The notes beneath the pieces were generated by a model. That model ran no database searches. It saw nothing but the letters and a program-made list of their open reading frames with translations, and was not told the origin of the DNA. From contig JBNZDD010013718.1 in NCBI GenBank assembly GCA_050575255.1, positions 3,848,540-3,912,539 of the forward strand: a stretch of DNA of 64,000 nt, given 5' to 3'. The number at the start of each line of letters is the position of its first letter. Position 1 is the first letter of the stretch. The translations under genes and the position numbers were made by a program. The DNA is from Harriotta raleighana (taxonomy: Eukaryota). This document shows, piece after piece, positions 34,244-46,213 of the stretch.

Positions 34244-37200
34244 GTTTTATTTTAATGGCAGAGAAAGAACAACATCCAGCAATCCAAAGACTGGAGAACA
34301 TTGTATGGAAATAGGAAGGATCAAGGCAATCAGAAACAGGGAAGCCTTTGCTGCAAGTGGGAGAAGAGATTCTACCAATGTATAAAATTGGCTGAATAAA
34401 TTCAAATGCAAGATTGGAAATGGCGGTTGTTCCAAAATTCCAAGGTTGAAAGGTAAAAGAAAAGAAACACTGCAAATTAAAACACTATGGGCCAAGGCAC
34501 TTTTCACTTAGGGAGAATATCTCAAAGTGTTTTAGAAAGTATCTTTCAAAATATGGGGTTCACATCACGCAGAGCATGAATCTTGTAAACTGCCCAAACA
34601 TTGAATAATATTTTCAGTATAAATGAAGGTCTAATGAGAAATCTACTTGTTTTGAATCCACAAAAGTCCTATGGCCCATTAGTGTGATGGAAAAGTACAC
34701 CAATGTTTACAGACTTGTTTTTTTATTCCTGAAAGCATTCTCCACAATTTGTTCCCCATACATTCTTACACATGCCACACAAAAAGACGATCATCACATA
34801 TTAGATTCCTGGTTTATATTCCTCACTGTGAATAATTCATCCCAATATCACACACACTTCTATCCAGGCAGTTGCTCAAGCGATGGAGACAGGGAGCCTG
34901 AAATCAGGCTGCCAGCTCACGTTTACAAATAGGGAATGGCCCATGTCATTGCAGGAGGCGGAACTAAATAGTGCAGGAAAGCACAAATAATTATACAGGT
35001 ATAAGGAAATCTGAAAATCAATGTATTGAAAAGACAAATCAGTTTGTTATATCAGTCCTGTTATTTTTATTGTATTGATGCAGAATTGCAATTGTGGTTA
35101 AAAAATTAATTCTGAATCTCAGTGGAATTTGTCTAACACAAATTTGTTGCCTCATTTGCTGTACAACGACCAAGCTCTGTGCATGACTACTGACACCAAG
35201 CAAGTCAATTCCTCCAAAATGGCTCCTGTCAATAAACAGAAGCGCAACCACACATTACAATCGCTCTAATCTGAAATTACCGTGTAATTGCTTATAACAA
35301 TTAGTAAATAAAATCTCCCTGGCAGATGGTCATAAGTAGTCATAAGGCCGCTTCGGGAAATTGCGTTCTGGCTGTTATTAGCCATTCCAAAGGAATGAAG
35401 AGAAAGTGAGTTTTCCGTTCAGAATCAGACTTACTTGAAATTCCAGCAACCTCAACAGCAAGAGGGCTCCTGCCTTATAACAAACAGAAATCATATTGTT
35501 TAGAGATCTGTGAATAATGTAAAGTATTCCACAATGGATTTCAATTGTTTTTTTAAAAAACTATCGACACATTTTCACTGCAGTTTAGCAAAAAAGATCA
35601 ATCTTTGGCCTAAAGAAACACAAATTTTCAGTTTAAAGGTGTTTGCAAATTTCTATTTGTTTGCTTCATGCCCATCCCTGATCTTCATTTCTCCTGCATG
35701 TTTGACAATTCTCCCTCCCTACAATCTGTGTCAGTAAACTGAAAAGCAGCCTGAAAGAGGTGGTCACACTAAAACTGAAGAGAAGACAGGCGAGCTGGAA
35801 GACCATGGATTGACACATTTGAGCAAATGTGAGCAATAAAATTGATCACTCACTTCATAGCTTTTTGTGAGGCATTACAGTGTGCAAATTCGCTGCCATA
35901 TTCACCTACAAATACAGTCACTACATTTCACAATAAAATGATGTAAAGAGCTTTCAGATGTCTTGAAGACATGACATCAAATGCAAGGATTATTATTATA
36001 TTTTTCTATAATAGTACAGTATCATTTCAGGGCAATGATTGCAGTGTTGTATTATTTATTTACTGGTCCTTATCGTCTCATATAGTGCCTAGCAAAAGGT
36101 AACACAACCTCATAGTTTAGATGGTATCAAGAATGCATGTTCAGTATAAAGTATAATGAAACATGGACTACCTTGATTATTGGCTCAAATCCATAAAGAA
36201 GTAAATGTAATAACCTCAGTCGAGTCATCAAAATGGTACAGATATTACACACGAGTATGCCTGCTGGCTATGATTTTACCGCTTATAATGTCAAGGGTAC
36301 ATTTGCTTACACAATCTTCAAAGAGTTCTATTTTATTACAGCTGTACCTGATATTCTGTGGTAAAAATAAACATGAAAACTCTGGCCCTTTGTTGAAGCA
36401 GAATATTGTGGCATAAAACTGGTTAAGCGTAGATTGTAAGAGATTCACAGGAGTAGCAGACCTTGACTGTACTTCCTGTACAGAATCTAATAATACGACA
36501 GTACTGTATTTTTCTCAATAATTGCTGATTAGGTTGGTTGTATGAGCTAGCACGCCCGCGTTGGGTTGCTATGGAGTGAAATGCATGTTTAGTGGTGCAG
36601 CAGCGCAAAGGAATAAGTGAGCAAAGAGGTTTAATTTGAGGAGGTTAGAATCCTGCAGGCTCAGGGTCAGAGGTGAAGCTAGTGCTTGCCTCCAACTGAA
36701 TATGCAGAAATAAAAGTAAATTGCTTGCATCTGGTACTGATGCCAGAGAAGCTTTGCGATTGGTGCGTCAGTGTGGTCTGTACCTCATCTCTGTTGTGCA
36801 GGGGCTTTGGCATACCGAAAGCTTGTAATTGGAGTAATTCCGAATTAATGGATGTAAAATATTTCAGAGCTTCGGATAACACATGGCAGCTGGCAGGAAT
36901 ACTGCAGGTTTATGAATGCAGATAGATTGCAGCGAATATGAGTAGTGTTAGAATGTCCCTGAACCTATTTGATAAGATTTCCTAAAAGACAGTATTTACC
37001 TTTGCAGCACTTCCGTACATTATTTTGCATTCTTTAATCGAATGTCACAAGTGGTAAAACATCAGATTTGATTTACAATTCAGAATTTCCCTGATCACAT
37101 TTTGCATCTTTTTACTTGGTGTGGAAAAGGTGATACAGTACAGTAGTAGTATTTAGTAGTACTGAAGTGAATGCCTCTTTTAGTTTTTAAATACCTTTTC

Positions 37201-37489
37201 AAAACCTATAAAATGTTTTAATGCATTATTATTTGTATTTTCTTTCATTAGCCATTTGCTCATTAACCATCTGATCCAAAATGTCCATTGAGTAAATAGA
37301 ATAAAATATATTTACTTAAGAATGTATGGATTAAAGCTGCATTGATCACTTTTACAAAATTAAAGATTAATTACATAATTAGTGTTGGAATGTTTCAATT
37401 TTGCAACTTTTTCCAAAAAAATTCAAATATTATATATCATTAATATTACTATTCAAATGCCAATAAATATACTACCCTGAAGAATTGAA

Positions 37490-37630
37490 CTTCTGACAAT
37501 GAATGTTCATTCTACCATCACCGTATCAGATTGTCAGCCTAGACAATAAACTCAAATTCCCAAAGTGGGGCTTGAAACAACACCCTTCTGACCCAAAGGT
37601 AAGAGTGCTACCAACTGTACCAGGCTAACA
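37490..37630 (-). mobile_element. SacSINE1-type SINE head
   Basis: TGTCAGCCTAGA..AGTGGGGCTTGAAACAACACCTTCTGACCCAAAGGTAAGAGTGCTACCAACTG is the reverse complement of a tRNA head; a homolog lies at 53175-53260. Confidence 0.7.
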
Positions 37631-39254
37631 TATGTACCAGACAATCTGTAAATAGACTCCTGTAATCATTTCAAAAACAAAATCACTGTGGAGCTATTTA
37701 GACAATTTCACCCACAAAACATACAGTCAATTCAGTTTCCAGTATATTCTGTGAAGCACTTTGAGATCCCTCAAGGAGTGATAAGGCACAATATCAGATG
37801 CAAGTACAGTATTATTATTCCAAAACGTTAAAACATCAGATTCTACATTTTTATTTAGTATGCACTAACTTTGTAAAACATATCAGAAATGGTATGATTG
37901 ATGGTGAGTTGTTTACATGCAGTGCTATTTAGCGCCTTGGGACGTCCTCCTGATGTGAGCACTCAATTATGTGCAGTACTATGGTTGTAGTATTTTAAAA
38001 TGTTTCTCTCACCTGTATAATAAAATGTAGCAAAATGGAATGTCATGCAAGAGATGTTTTTGTATTTACCACTAAACTGGTATAAGACAGGAAGAAACAG
38101 CTTTTCTTTCTGGTGAGAAGATAAATAACATTTCACATTATTCTCTTGTTAAGATGTAATAATCATTTTTGCATGGTTAGATGGATTTCAGAAAAAGCTC
38201 TTCTTCAATAAATATCAGAGTCTTAGGTCACACCTTTACTAAAAGCCCAATGGATGACACGTTTGTCAGTGATAAACAGAAGGTAAATTAAAAGAAGAAT
38301 GTTACTTTAAGTAATAAAAGGTCACTGTGTAAGCATATGAAAGGCTGCTACTGATTTAGTAGACGAGCGCTTCAGAGAATCATTAATACTGCACTTGAAT
38401 TTAATTTTGAGTTTTATGTCACTCTTGGCACAGGTAATAAAAAGTGCTTAGTAAATACTGAGCCATTAATTTCTAATTCTTGATCACGTCAAAGGATATT
38501 TTAAAATCCTCAACATGTCTTCTTCATCTGAATTGATCTTGTGAAGAATAATCTTTAATGTTTCAAAACAACCGATGGTTTCTATGTCTCGCACTCTACT
38601 TTCATTTGAAGTTATGGCAACATGAATAGGAAGCTGTACTTGTGTAATGAACCTCCTACTTCCTGCTACAGGTTTAATCTAACAAAAGTCTATCATCATC
38701 TTTTGAGACTGTTGAAATCAAATAGGTTTACATGGAGATTGTTCTAAATTGCAATCCTGTAAATATCTAATAATGTCACAGCCCTCTTTTGCTACACCAT
38801 AGTGGAGAAAATTGTTGATTGTCATCTTGATAATGAAGGGAATGCTGTAAAAAAAAATTCTTACACAAAAAAACTACTGAAGGGAGGGAAGATAGAAATG
38901 GAACCAGTCTGTACTTTGTGGAACAAAAATAAAGTGAATATTCATTTACAGGCATTCAAAATAACACGTGCATTAGATCAAATTGTTTTCAGGAGCATAA
39001 CATCTACTTGAGGCTATAAATAGTAATGTAGTTTCAATGATTTGTTAGCATTAAAGTACAGTAAATCCACAGTAGAGATGCTCAGTAGTGGTATTATGGG
39101 TGGGACGAGAATCAATAGAGAAATTATCATTTGTTAAACAAGAGTGTTGTCACATGAAAGACAGTGAGCGTGGAACTAAAAGTAGGGAACAACACTGACG
39201 GGAATAAATCTAACCCAAAAATATTTGTAGGTGATAAAATACAATCCATTTTCC

Positions 39255-39560
39255 ATTTATATAGTGCCTTTCACATCGAGAGGAAATCTCCCAGGCTGGG
39301 AACCCAACCTGGGATAAGAGATGGGAACCGATTAGAGTAGGGAGGGGAAGATGCTGAAAGAGCACTCAGAGGCACAAATGTTGAGGCAAGTTTTGAACAT
39401 GGAGAGGAGTGGAGATCCAGAAGGCAGTGGTCAGATTGGTTTAGAGCTTGCCTACTATGATGGGGCAGAAAGGGTGGGAAATATGAAATTGTGTTCACTG
39501 AGCAGAAGAGCAGTCTAAGTGGGAATGGCACTATGGCCTGAAGATGATATTACATTACAA
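39255..39560 (-). mobile_element. L2 3' end
   Basis: CATTTATATAGTGCCTTTCACATCGAGAGGA tail followed by the purine-rich L2 3' region. Confidence 0.75.
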
Positions 39561-41699
39561 GGGAGATGCAATGTGAATATATTGGATTAACAGCATAATG
39601 TTTCAGATTCTAATCTGTTTTTAAGAGTACTTCTAAAATGATCCAAAAAGCAACTTCAGATCACCCTGGCAAGTACAGTCAGCTGGAATAAGTTAATCTT
39701 CCCAAGAATGTTTGTTTCGATAACAGCTATCTTAGCATGTTTTATGATGCAAGTTTAAAAATAAAGTAGGGCCTTGGAGGCTTTAAACTAATGATTATTC
39801 GTCCACCTAATTTCTCCTTATGCACATTCTTTCCTGAAGCATATTGGATTGGTTATTGGCAGGCAGCTGTCAATAGCTAAACCCTAGAGAGCTAGCTATT
39901 TGCACATTGACTGATCAAGTGCTGCTTAATAGACATATAATTGTTAACAAATACCTTTCAATAGACTGTGGCAGACTTCTGCCCACAGACAAATGACATT
40001 TCACTTTGCAGGGCGACCAGTCTTTCCCTGAAATGGTAAGGTTAGAGTACAGGTTTCAGGAACCGTGAGATTTGATGAAATGTTGGCAGATCCTGGTAAG
40101 GACAGAAACCATTCAATGTTTTCTGGTGAGTGGTGGTGAGACTCAGGGAGGGGTCATTGAAAGTTTGAACCAGCGAAAGCCAAGCTATGTAATCATTAAA
40201 TTCATAAAGCCCCGCAGTTGCGATTGTGTTAAGGGAAATATAGCGCATTGAGAGTTAGAGGATAAAGTATAAAATATTCACCTAATACTGTAGTATCATT
40301 CAAGGCCTTATCTGCTGGTACCAGTGATGAGCTTACTGCTCCATTTGCACAAGGTAATAGCATGCCACTGCCTTCATGTTACTCTCCACTGGGTGCCCAC
40401 AGGGTTTAATAAATATTCCAGTAAGTAAATTCAGGGTGAATATGTGTAATAGACTACCCAGGGAGGTGGATTGGGTCAGGAAAATTCAAGAGCGAATTAG
40501 ATGGCCATTTGGTGAAGCAATCTATGGGGTGGGGGTGGGGGAGCTATGAAAAATGAGGGGGGATTTCTTTTACTTTGTAAAATGGTCCAACAGTGCTCTC
40601 GTCTGGTTTGGTACACACTCACATTTCCATGTTAACAGGATGTCATGTATCCTTGTCATGCCATGAAGCTATATTGCTTCATTTGAGGCAGAGAAGGGGG
40701 GAATATGAAAGAATGTCAGGAACCAACAGAAGATTTGTCCCAGCTAAGTCAAGGTGGTTATTTGCACTCAACTCAGATATCATATTTTTTGTAAAATGCT
40801 TCATTTCTTTTTAGCCATGGTCTTGTTATCACGTCATTGAGATATCTCAAAGCGCTTCACAGAATATAAATGCAAAGTGGTGTGACTGTATTGTGAGGCC
40901 GAAACTCTTCAGTAACTCAAAATATAGTGTGTAACATTTTCCCTGCCAATAGAAAAGGTATTAATATGAATTGTATGTTTTTTGTTTCTTTCAGCAAAGA
41001 CACCACTTTTAGTGCAACAGGGAGAAGATTTTCCCTTCAATGTACAAATGTTGTCCTTTAGATTAAATGGTGCTTCGTGTGGGCACCAGCAAGTTCATCA
41101 TTGTACAGCCTTTATTTTACTGAAATCTATATGTAGCATGAAAATACAGATGCTGTTTTATTTCAATTCATTTTCCATTTTAAATAGGTTTTTTTTAAAT
41201 TAAGAAAAAGGAACCAGTGGGGTGAATTTTTCTCCTATTGGGAAATTTACTGGCATTGGTAACATACTCTTACCATAGGATATTCACCTTAAAAAGCATA
41301 TGTCACCAAGTACATGTACAATTAGGCTGCCATTCACCTACACATTCCCACTGATGTTAAATGTTCAATGTAACTTTGACTACAATAAGAAAAAAGAAAG
41401 AGAAGGATAGATTATGGTTGGTGCAGCACTTGATTTGTCAGGATTGTGTTTTCTTCAAGTTTGTGAGAAAATGTTTCCATTGAAAATGGGAATCGTTAGT
41501 CAACAAATGGGAATCGGTAGACAACAACAACTTGCATTTATGTAGTGCCATTCAGGGGGAGTTCAGGGGGAAAATTAAAACACTTCGAAATGAAACCTGA
41601 TCAATCTGTACAGAGATGGGAACCGATTAGAGTAGGGAAANATGAAACCTGATCAATCTGTACAGCAAAACATTTTGCCTCTGAATATTTCCTTGTTAC

Positions 41700-44600
41700 C
41701 TTTTTCCAAAACTCTGAGCTCCTTTACCAAAATTATATATCGACATTAAACGGACTGAATCAACACATGGTATTTTACACCTGAGCAAACTGCAGGCTAC
41801 GAGCAGTCTGTGACAAAAAAAACACACAACCCTTATTCTGAGAATTTAAATCGTAATTCAGGCACATAATAATATCAGCAAATATCCACTTTAGAACAAA
41901 TCTAATTTCTTTCCCTTACAAGCAGGGGAGAAAAAAATTCTGCCTAATGATCTGCCTCCAATAAATCCGTCTTGCATTAACTAAATAGTGGCCCCATAAG
42001 CAGGATGCAACAATATTCACTGTGGTGATATGACCCCTGACCAGTAATTCTGAGGGACCCCCCACACCAGAGCTGTGTCAAGGCTGATTGTGCTGCTCAC
42101 CCTGCACCAGTCTGCCTCATCGGCAGTCTGGGTCACCTGCTATTTGTAGAGCGTAGACAAGGCCGCTTCTGCTTTTCTCTCTCCATCCCACCCTCCCCTC
42201 CCCCCCCACCTTTCCCTCCCTCCCCATCTCTCATCTTCCACTGCGGTCAGCGTCGCATGAGAAAATATTCGCGGCACAGATGCTTTGTAGTGAAAAACAG
42301 CAGACAATTGAGACCGCGGCAAAAATTAAAATGGACACAAGCGCTACTGCTCCCCCCCCCCACCTCACCCTTTTTTTTGAGGCTAAAAGAAAAATACAAC
42401 AAAACATACACGTTCTGCCGGTCAACAAATAGCCAAATATATAATTTTTCTCCCTTCCCCAAAACCTACTGTTCAAAACATCTTGAAAATTCAATCCCAC
42501 AACATGCCAAAAATTGGAGAGTCCTAGTTTAAAAATATACATTCAAAGAAATGCTCATTTGTTGCACCGAGCACTCAAAATTCATTAGGCAGAGGATTAA
42601 CAGAATTCTTTTCAAATGTGATCCCTTTTCATCTCTTCCACTAGACAGGCAAATATGGCACAAACCGGTGTGTTCGACCCTAGATCAGGCCCCGATACTT
42701 TGGGCCAGTGACCAGCTTCTCAAATGGACCACACTGTCTGGTGACTTGTTACAAAAACAGGATAGGGGAGCGAGAGGTTGGGGTAGTGGGGGGAGGGGGT
42801 GTGGGGGGTGTTGGGAATGAAGGCACAAAGCACAGTGTTATGCTAACAAAATAATCCCAGCAGCACAAACCCATTGCAAGGCATACAAACAGCATGAAAC
42901 GTCAGTACTTTAAAAAAATATATATTTATATATAAAATATAATTACGCTAATTTAGTACAAAGAACTTTAGCTATACATATACATTTTCAAATAAAACAG
43001 AATTTCTAACAACGCTATGCTGCAGAGGCAATGTTGTGCTCGTCTGATTAAATTTTCATTATTGCCCTTTTAACCCTTTTGATCAAGTGAGTTTAAAATA
43101 TGCAGTCTCTAATACTGTGGTGTATTTTCATTGCCCTACCTTAGGCTCAGCTCCCTAAATATTACAGCTAATAAGCATGATGTAAGGGAGATCTCTAGAG
43201 CTACCTATTTGCTTATTTCACCCCTTTTCCCTGTCTTTGTGAATCACTGAAACCAANAGCATGATGTAAGGGAGATCTCTAGAGCTACCTATTTGCTTAT
43301 TTCACCCTTTTTCCCTGTCTTTGTGAAACCAGTGCAGTGCCTTAATTTGTACACCTCTGAAGTGCCTGAACAGCATCCGGTCTTAATTAAAATAAACTTC
43401 TATCAATTCGAACTTCACTCCCGCTTTCTAAATGCCATCCCCATTTTAACCAGTAAAAATGACATATTGTAGGCTGTTTCATGTTTGCATATCACAAGGT
43501 AGGTCCAAACTTTTTTTTTCTTCAAATCAAAAATTAACAAAACATGTTGCACCTTAAACAAAATTATTTTGATGAATGGCCAGTGTAAGTAAATCAGTAC
43601 CAAGATGCTGAATTTATCATTCAAGCCAATCTTGCGCAGGCCAAATAAGAACTGCTGCAGCATCAAGTACAGAATTTTGGAAAATGCCCTTTGCAATAAT
43701 AACAACTTGAACAGTTATAATGCCAGGAGCTGATTCAGCCTTTCATGGCTTGGCAGCGCCATCTACAGCTAAGAGGGAGATATTTTTGGTTATAACAAAT
43801 GTTGACTTTCCAGTGATCCTGTTACTTTTGTATTTAAAACCCAAACTAATTGTAGTCACACTTCAAATGTAGCAAAATCAGCTCTCAGCCGACATTAACT
43901 ATTCTTTACTGTTAATATTTTGCATGTATAAACTCTAAACCTTTAAATTCCAATCTGGTGATTGTTCTAAACAGTAGCAGTCAATAAAAATAAAACCATG
44001 CAGCTACTAAATATGTGTCTACTGGTACAGATTATTTATTACCCATCAATAGGGGAAAAAAGGAATTGAGAACTCAGTGAACACACATGCCAGGACTATT
44101 TTGTGTCATGATTTTTAAATAAAAATATATTATTTCAGAAAATAGGAAGTGCCTAGAACTTACTTTGGTTTTCAGTTTTATTGATGCTAAATGTTCTTCC
44201 TAACAGAAAGTGACTCTAATAATTATATTATATTAGTATTAAGTCTCTTGCCATAGGAAATATAACCTACCTTAGTTTTGAAGTGAGCATGAAAAGCTTG
44301 TTTTGACATTTCACTTACCGAAAATAAACTCTTGCTTGTAGATTTTTAAACGACAAGAAAATTGTTCCAAAAAAAAATGCTCTTCAACACTCTTCTCCCC
44401 CCCACCCCACACACACATACATATCCACCCACCACCCGTGGACACTTTCTAAACATTATGTAAGCTTCAGAGCATTCAGTTGGTTGCCTGCCATGGTTTT
44501 CCTGCAGCCTGGCAAAACATAAAGAAACAAAAAGTAAAAAAATGTTTTTAAGTTGTGGCTATCATGCACTAACTGGTGAGTAATTGAGTAAGAGAAAGAG

Positions 44601-45538
44601 GAGGGTGAATGACAGCTCCCATCAGTAGGTCAGTCTGAATAGGAACCATCTGCACTTAGTAAGCAGTTGGAAACCCCATTATCAATGAAAGGGTAAGAAT
44701 ACCACTGAAGTTTAAAGATAACCAATCCTTTTTTTTCATCATATGAGCCAACAAAAAGTTTTGTACAATGCTTTTACCTGCATTCATTTTGTTGAGATGA
44801 AAGGAATGTGGATAATTTGGTCTGTTTTGTTTATGACAGACACAGCCTCCGTGACATGTCTTAAAGGAAACAATGGAATCTGTCAAACAATGTTGAGCCA
44901 AAACAGTGTGAAGTCTTCACCCTCCTGACTGCATTTCGACAGGCCTATTGCTGCAGCCTTGGGCAAAATTTGTAAGAGTGCACACAGAGGAAGAGTATTA
45001 AAGAACACAACAATGTTGATTGAATTAAAGGCTGAATTCCATCTTACTTTGGAACAGGTGGGAATGCGGTTGAAACAGACTAAGGGCACAAACCAGAAGT
45101 GCTGTAACACTGCTGTACCTATACTTACTGGGTTACCATGGAAAGGGGAAATTGCCATATAAAGAAAGAATTCAGGAAATGGTGGCAACCTTTGAATATG
45201 AGCCTTTCGATTGTTTACACATAGTTCTGTTCCTTAGTAGAAGGTGGCTGATGTAACTGATTACAGGATTGTTGAATGACAGGTGCCAAAACAGGGGAGA
45301 TTTTAATCGCTCCGATGTGGAACTTTTTCAAGGGCCACAACAAGATAGGTTGAGCAGTATTCCAGTCACACTGCTCTCCGTGAACTTTTAAGGTGGTACC
45401 TTTAAATCCCACGAGGTGGGCACTCCGTGAGCCAGCAAGGGCTTGCTTGTGTTATTGTTTCAGTAATAATAGCTGGTTAGATTTGCAGCACGGTGCTCTG
45501 GCCATCATTTGCTGTGTCTGTGCACCTTCAGAGCAGCT
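41700..45538 (-). other. Probable long 3'UTR of the unidentified minus-strand gene (distal end not defined)
   Basis: Directly downstream of the 45603 acceptor exon; no recognisable SINE/LINE over ~3.8 kb; U/GU-rich on the minus strand. Poly(A) site not pinned down. Confidence 0.35.
43174..43331. repeat. Two haplotype copies of ~75-83 bp flanking an N
   Basis: 43174-43256 and 43258-43331 are identical except for a C/T substitution and an 8-bp indel (GTGAATCACTGAAACC vs GTGAAACC). Confidence 0.9.
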
Positions 45539-45603
45539 TCACACTACTCTAGTTGTGGAGGCATGCGTTGCTTGCTTTGTTGTCCTGAAGGTCTCTAGAG
45601 AAT
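45539..45603 (-). CDS. Candidate terminal coding exon (unidentified gene): phase 1 xSLETFRTTKQATHASTTRVV*, phase 2 xFSRDLQDNKASNACLHN*, phase 0 IL*
   Basis: Pyrimidine tract ...ccccctttcatccctccctatgataaccgctcaccctttcag|ATT; UTR-like sequence follows. Reading frame unknown; coordinates given for the phase-1 frame. Confidence 0.4.
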
Positions 45604-45957
45604 CTGAAAGGGTGAGCGGTTATCATAGGGAGGGATGAAAGGGGGCCAACAGATCAGGAAAGGGAATACTACAGGGTACAAATGTCTTTTGAATCCATCA
45701 CCCACTCCCAAACCCCAGCCTCTCTCCTAACAAATTGAACAGTGAAGTAAAAATGAAAGCCATTGTTAGATATATTTGTTTACACAAAGCAAGTAACTCA
45801 AAATATTCTGAGCTGGTGATTAAATCGGGGGGAAAAAAGATGAGGAACTTGTTACCAGAATACTAAACAGATAAAACAATAGTACATTATTATACATTTT
45901 GCAATAAAGTTGATCCCTTGTGCTTATATTCTCATCACATCAGGTTGGGACACTTAC

Positions 45958-46213
45958 TTGCAGGTGTGTTATTGACATGCTCGAGAACGAACAAAGAAAA
46001 TAATTGTCTTTGCTTCTCAAGAAGAAAATAAAAGGCCCCCCCCAAAAAAAAGTGCTTGTTTTAAGTTACATTAAAATTTCCCCAATCGTTTCCATAATCC
46101 TATTCCAGTGACTGTTTCTGAGACATCATTAGTTTGGAAGATTTTCACTGGGCCGAGGACGATGGTTCCATGTTTTGGAATTCTGCCACGTCAGAAAAAT
46201 CCTGGCTGGAAAT
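45958..46213 (-). CDS. Candidate 256-nt stop-containing cassette or alternative terminal exon (phase 0 ISSQDFSDVAEFQNMEPSSSAQ*, phase 1 xFQPGFF*)
   Basis: Acceptor tttgtctgtttctttttaatttcag|ATT at 46213; donor CAA|gtaagt after 45958; all three frames stop inside the exon. Confidence 0.4.

Noticed and set aside
41486-41528. Short tandem duplications (21 bp here; also ~18763, ~30390, ~58500) and small palindromes (26281-26301, ~48774-48787)
   Set aside because: Ordinary slippage products or chance-level palindromes for AT-rich DNA.
43415-43705. QKI-6-like C-terminus (GMAF...) in a minus ORF
   Set aside because: Only a 4-residue match with no suitable acceptor or other QKI exons; chance.
45539-45603. 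Neuroligin or TMEFF C-terminus (HASTTRVV)
   Set aside because: Resembles neuroligin STTRV but has an extra Val, and neuroligin's last exon is long and includes the transmembrane segment, which is absent here. No gene symbol assigned.
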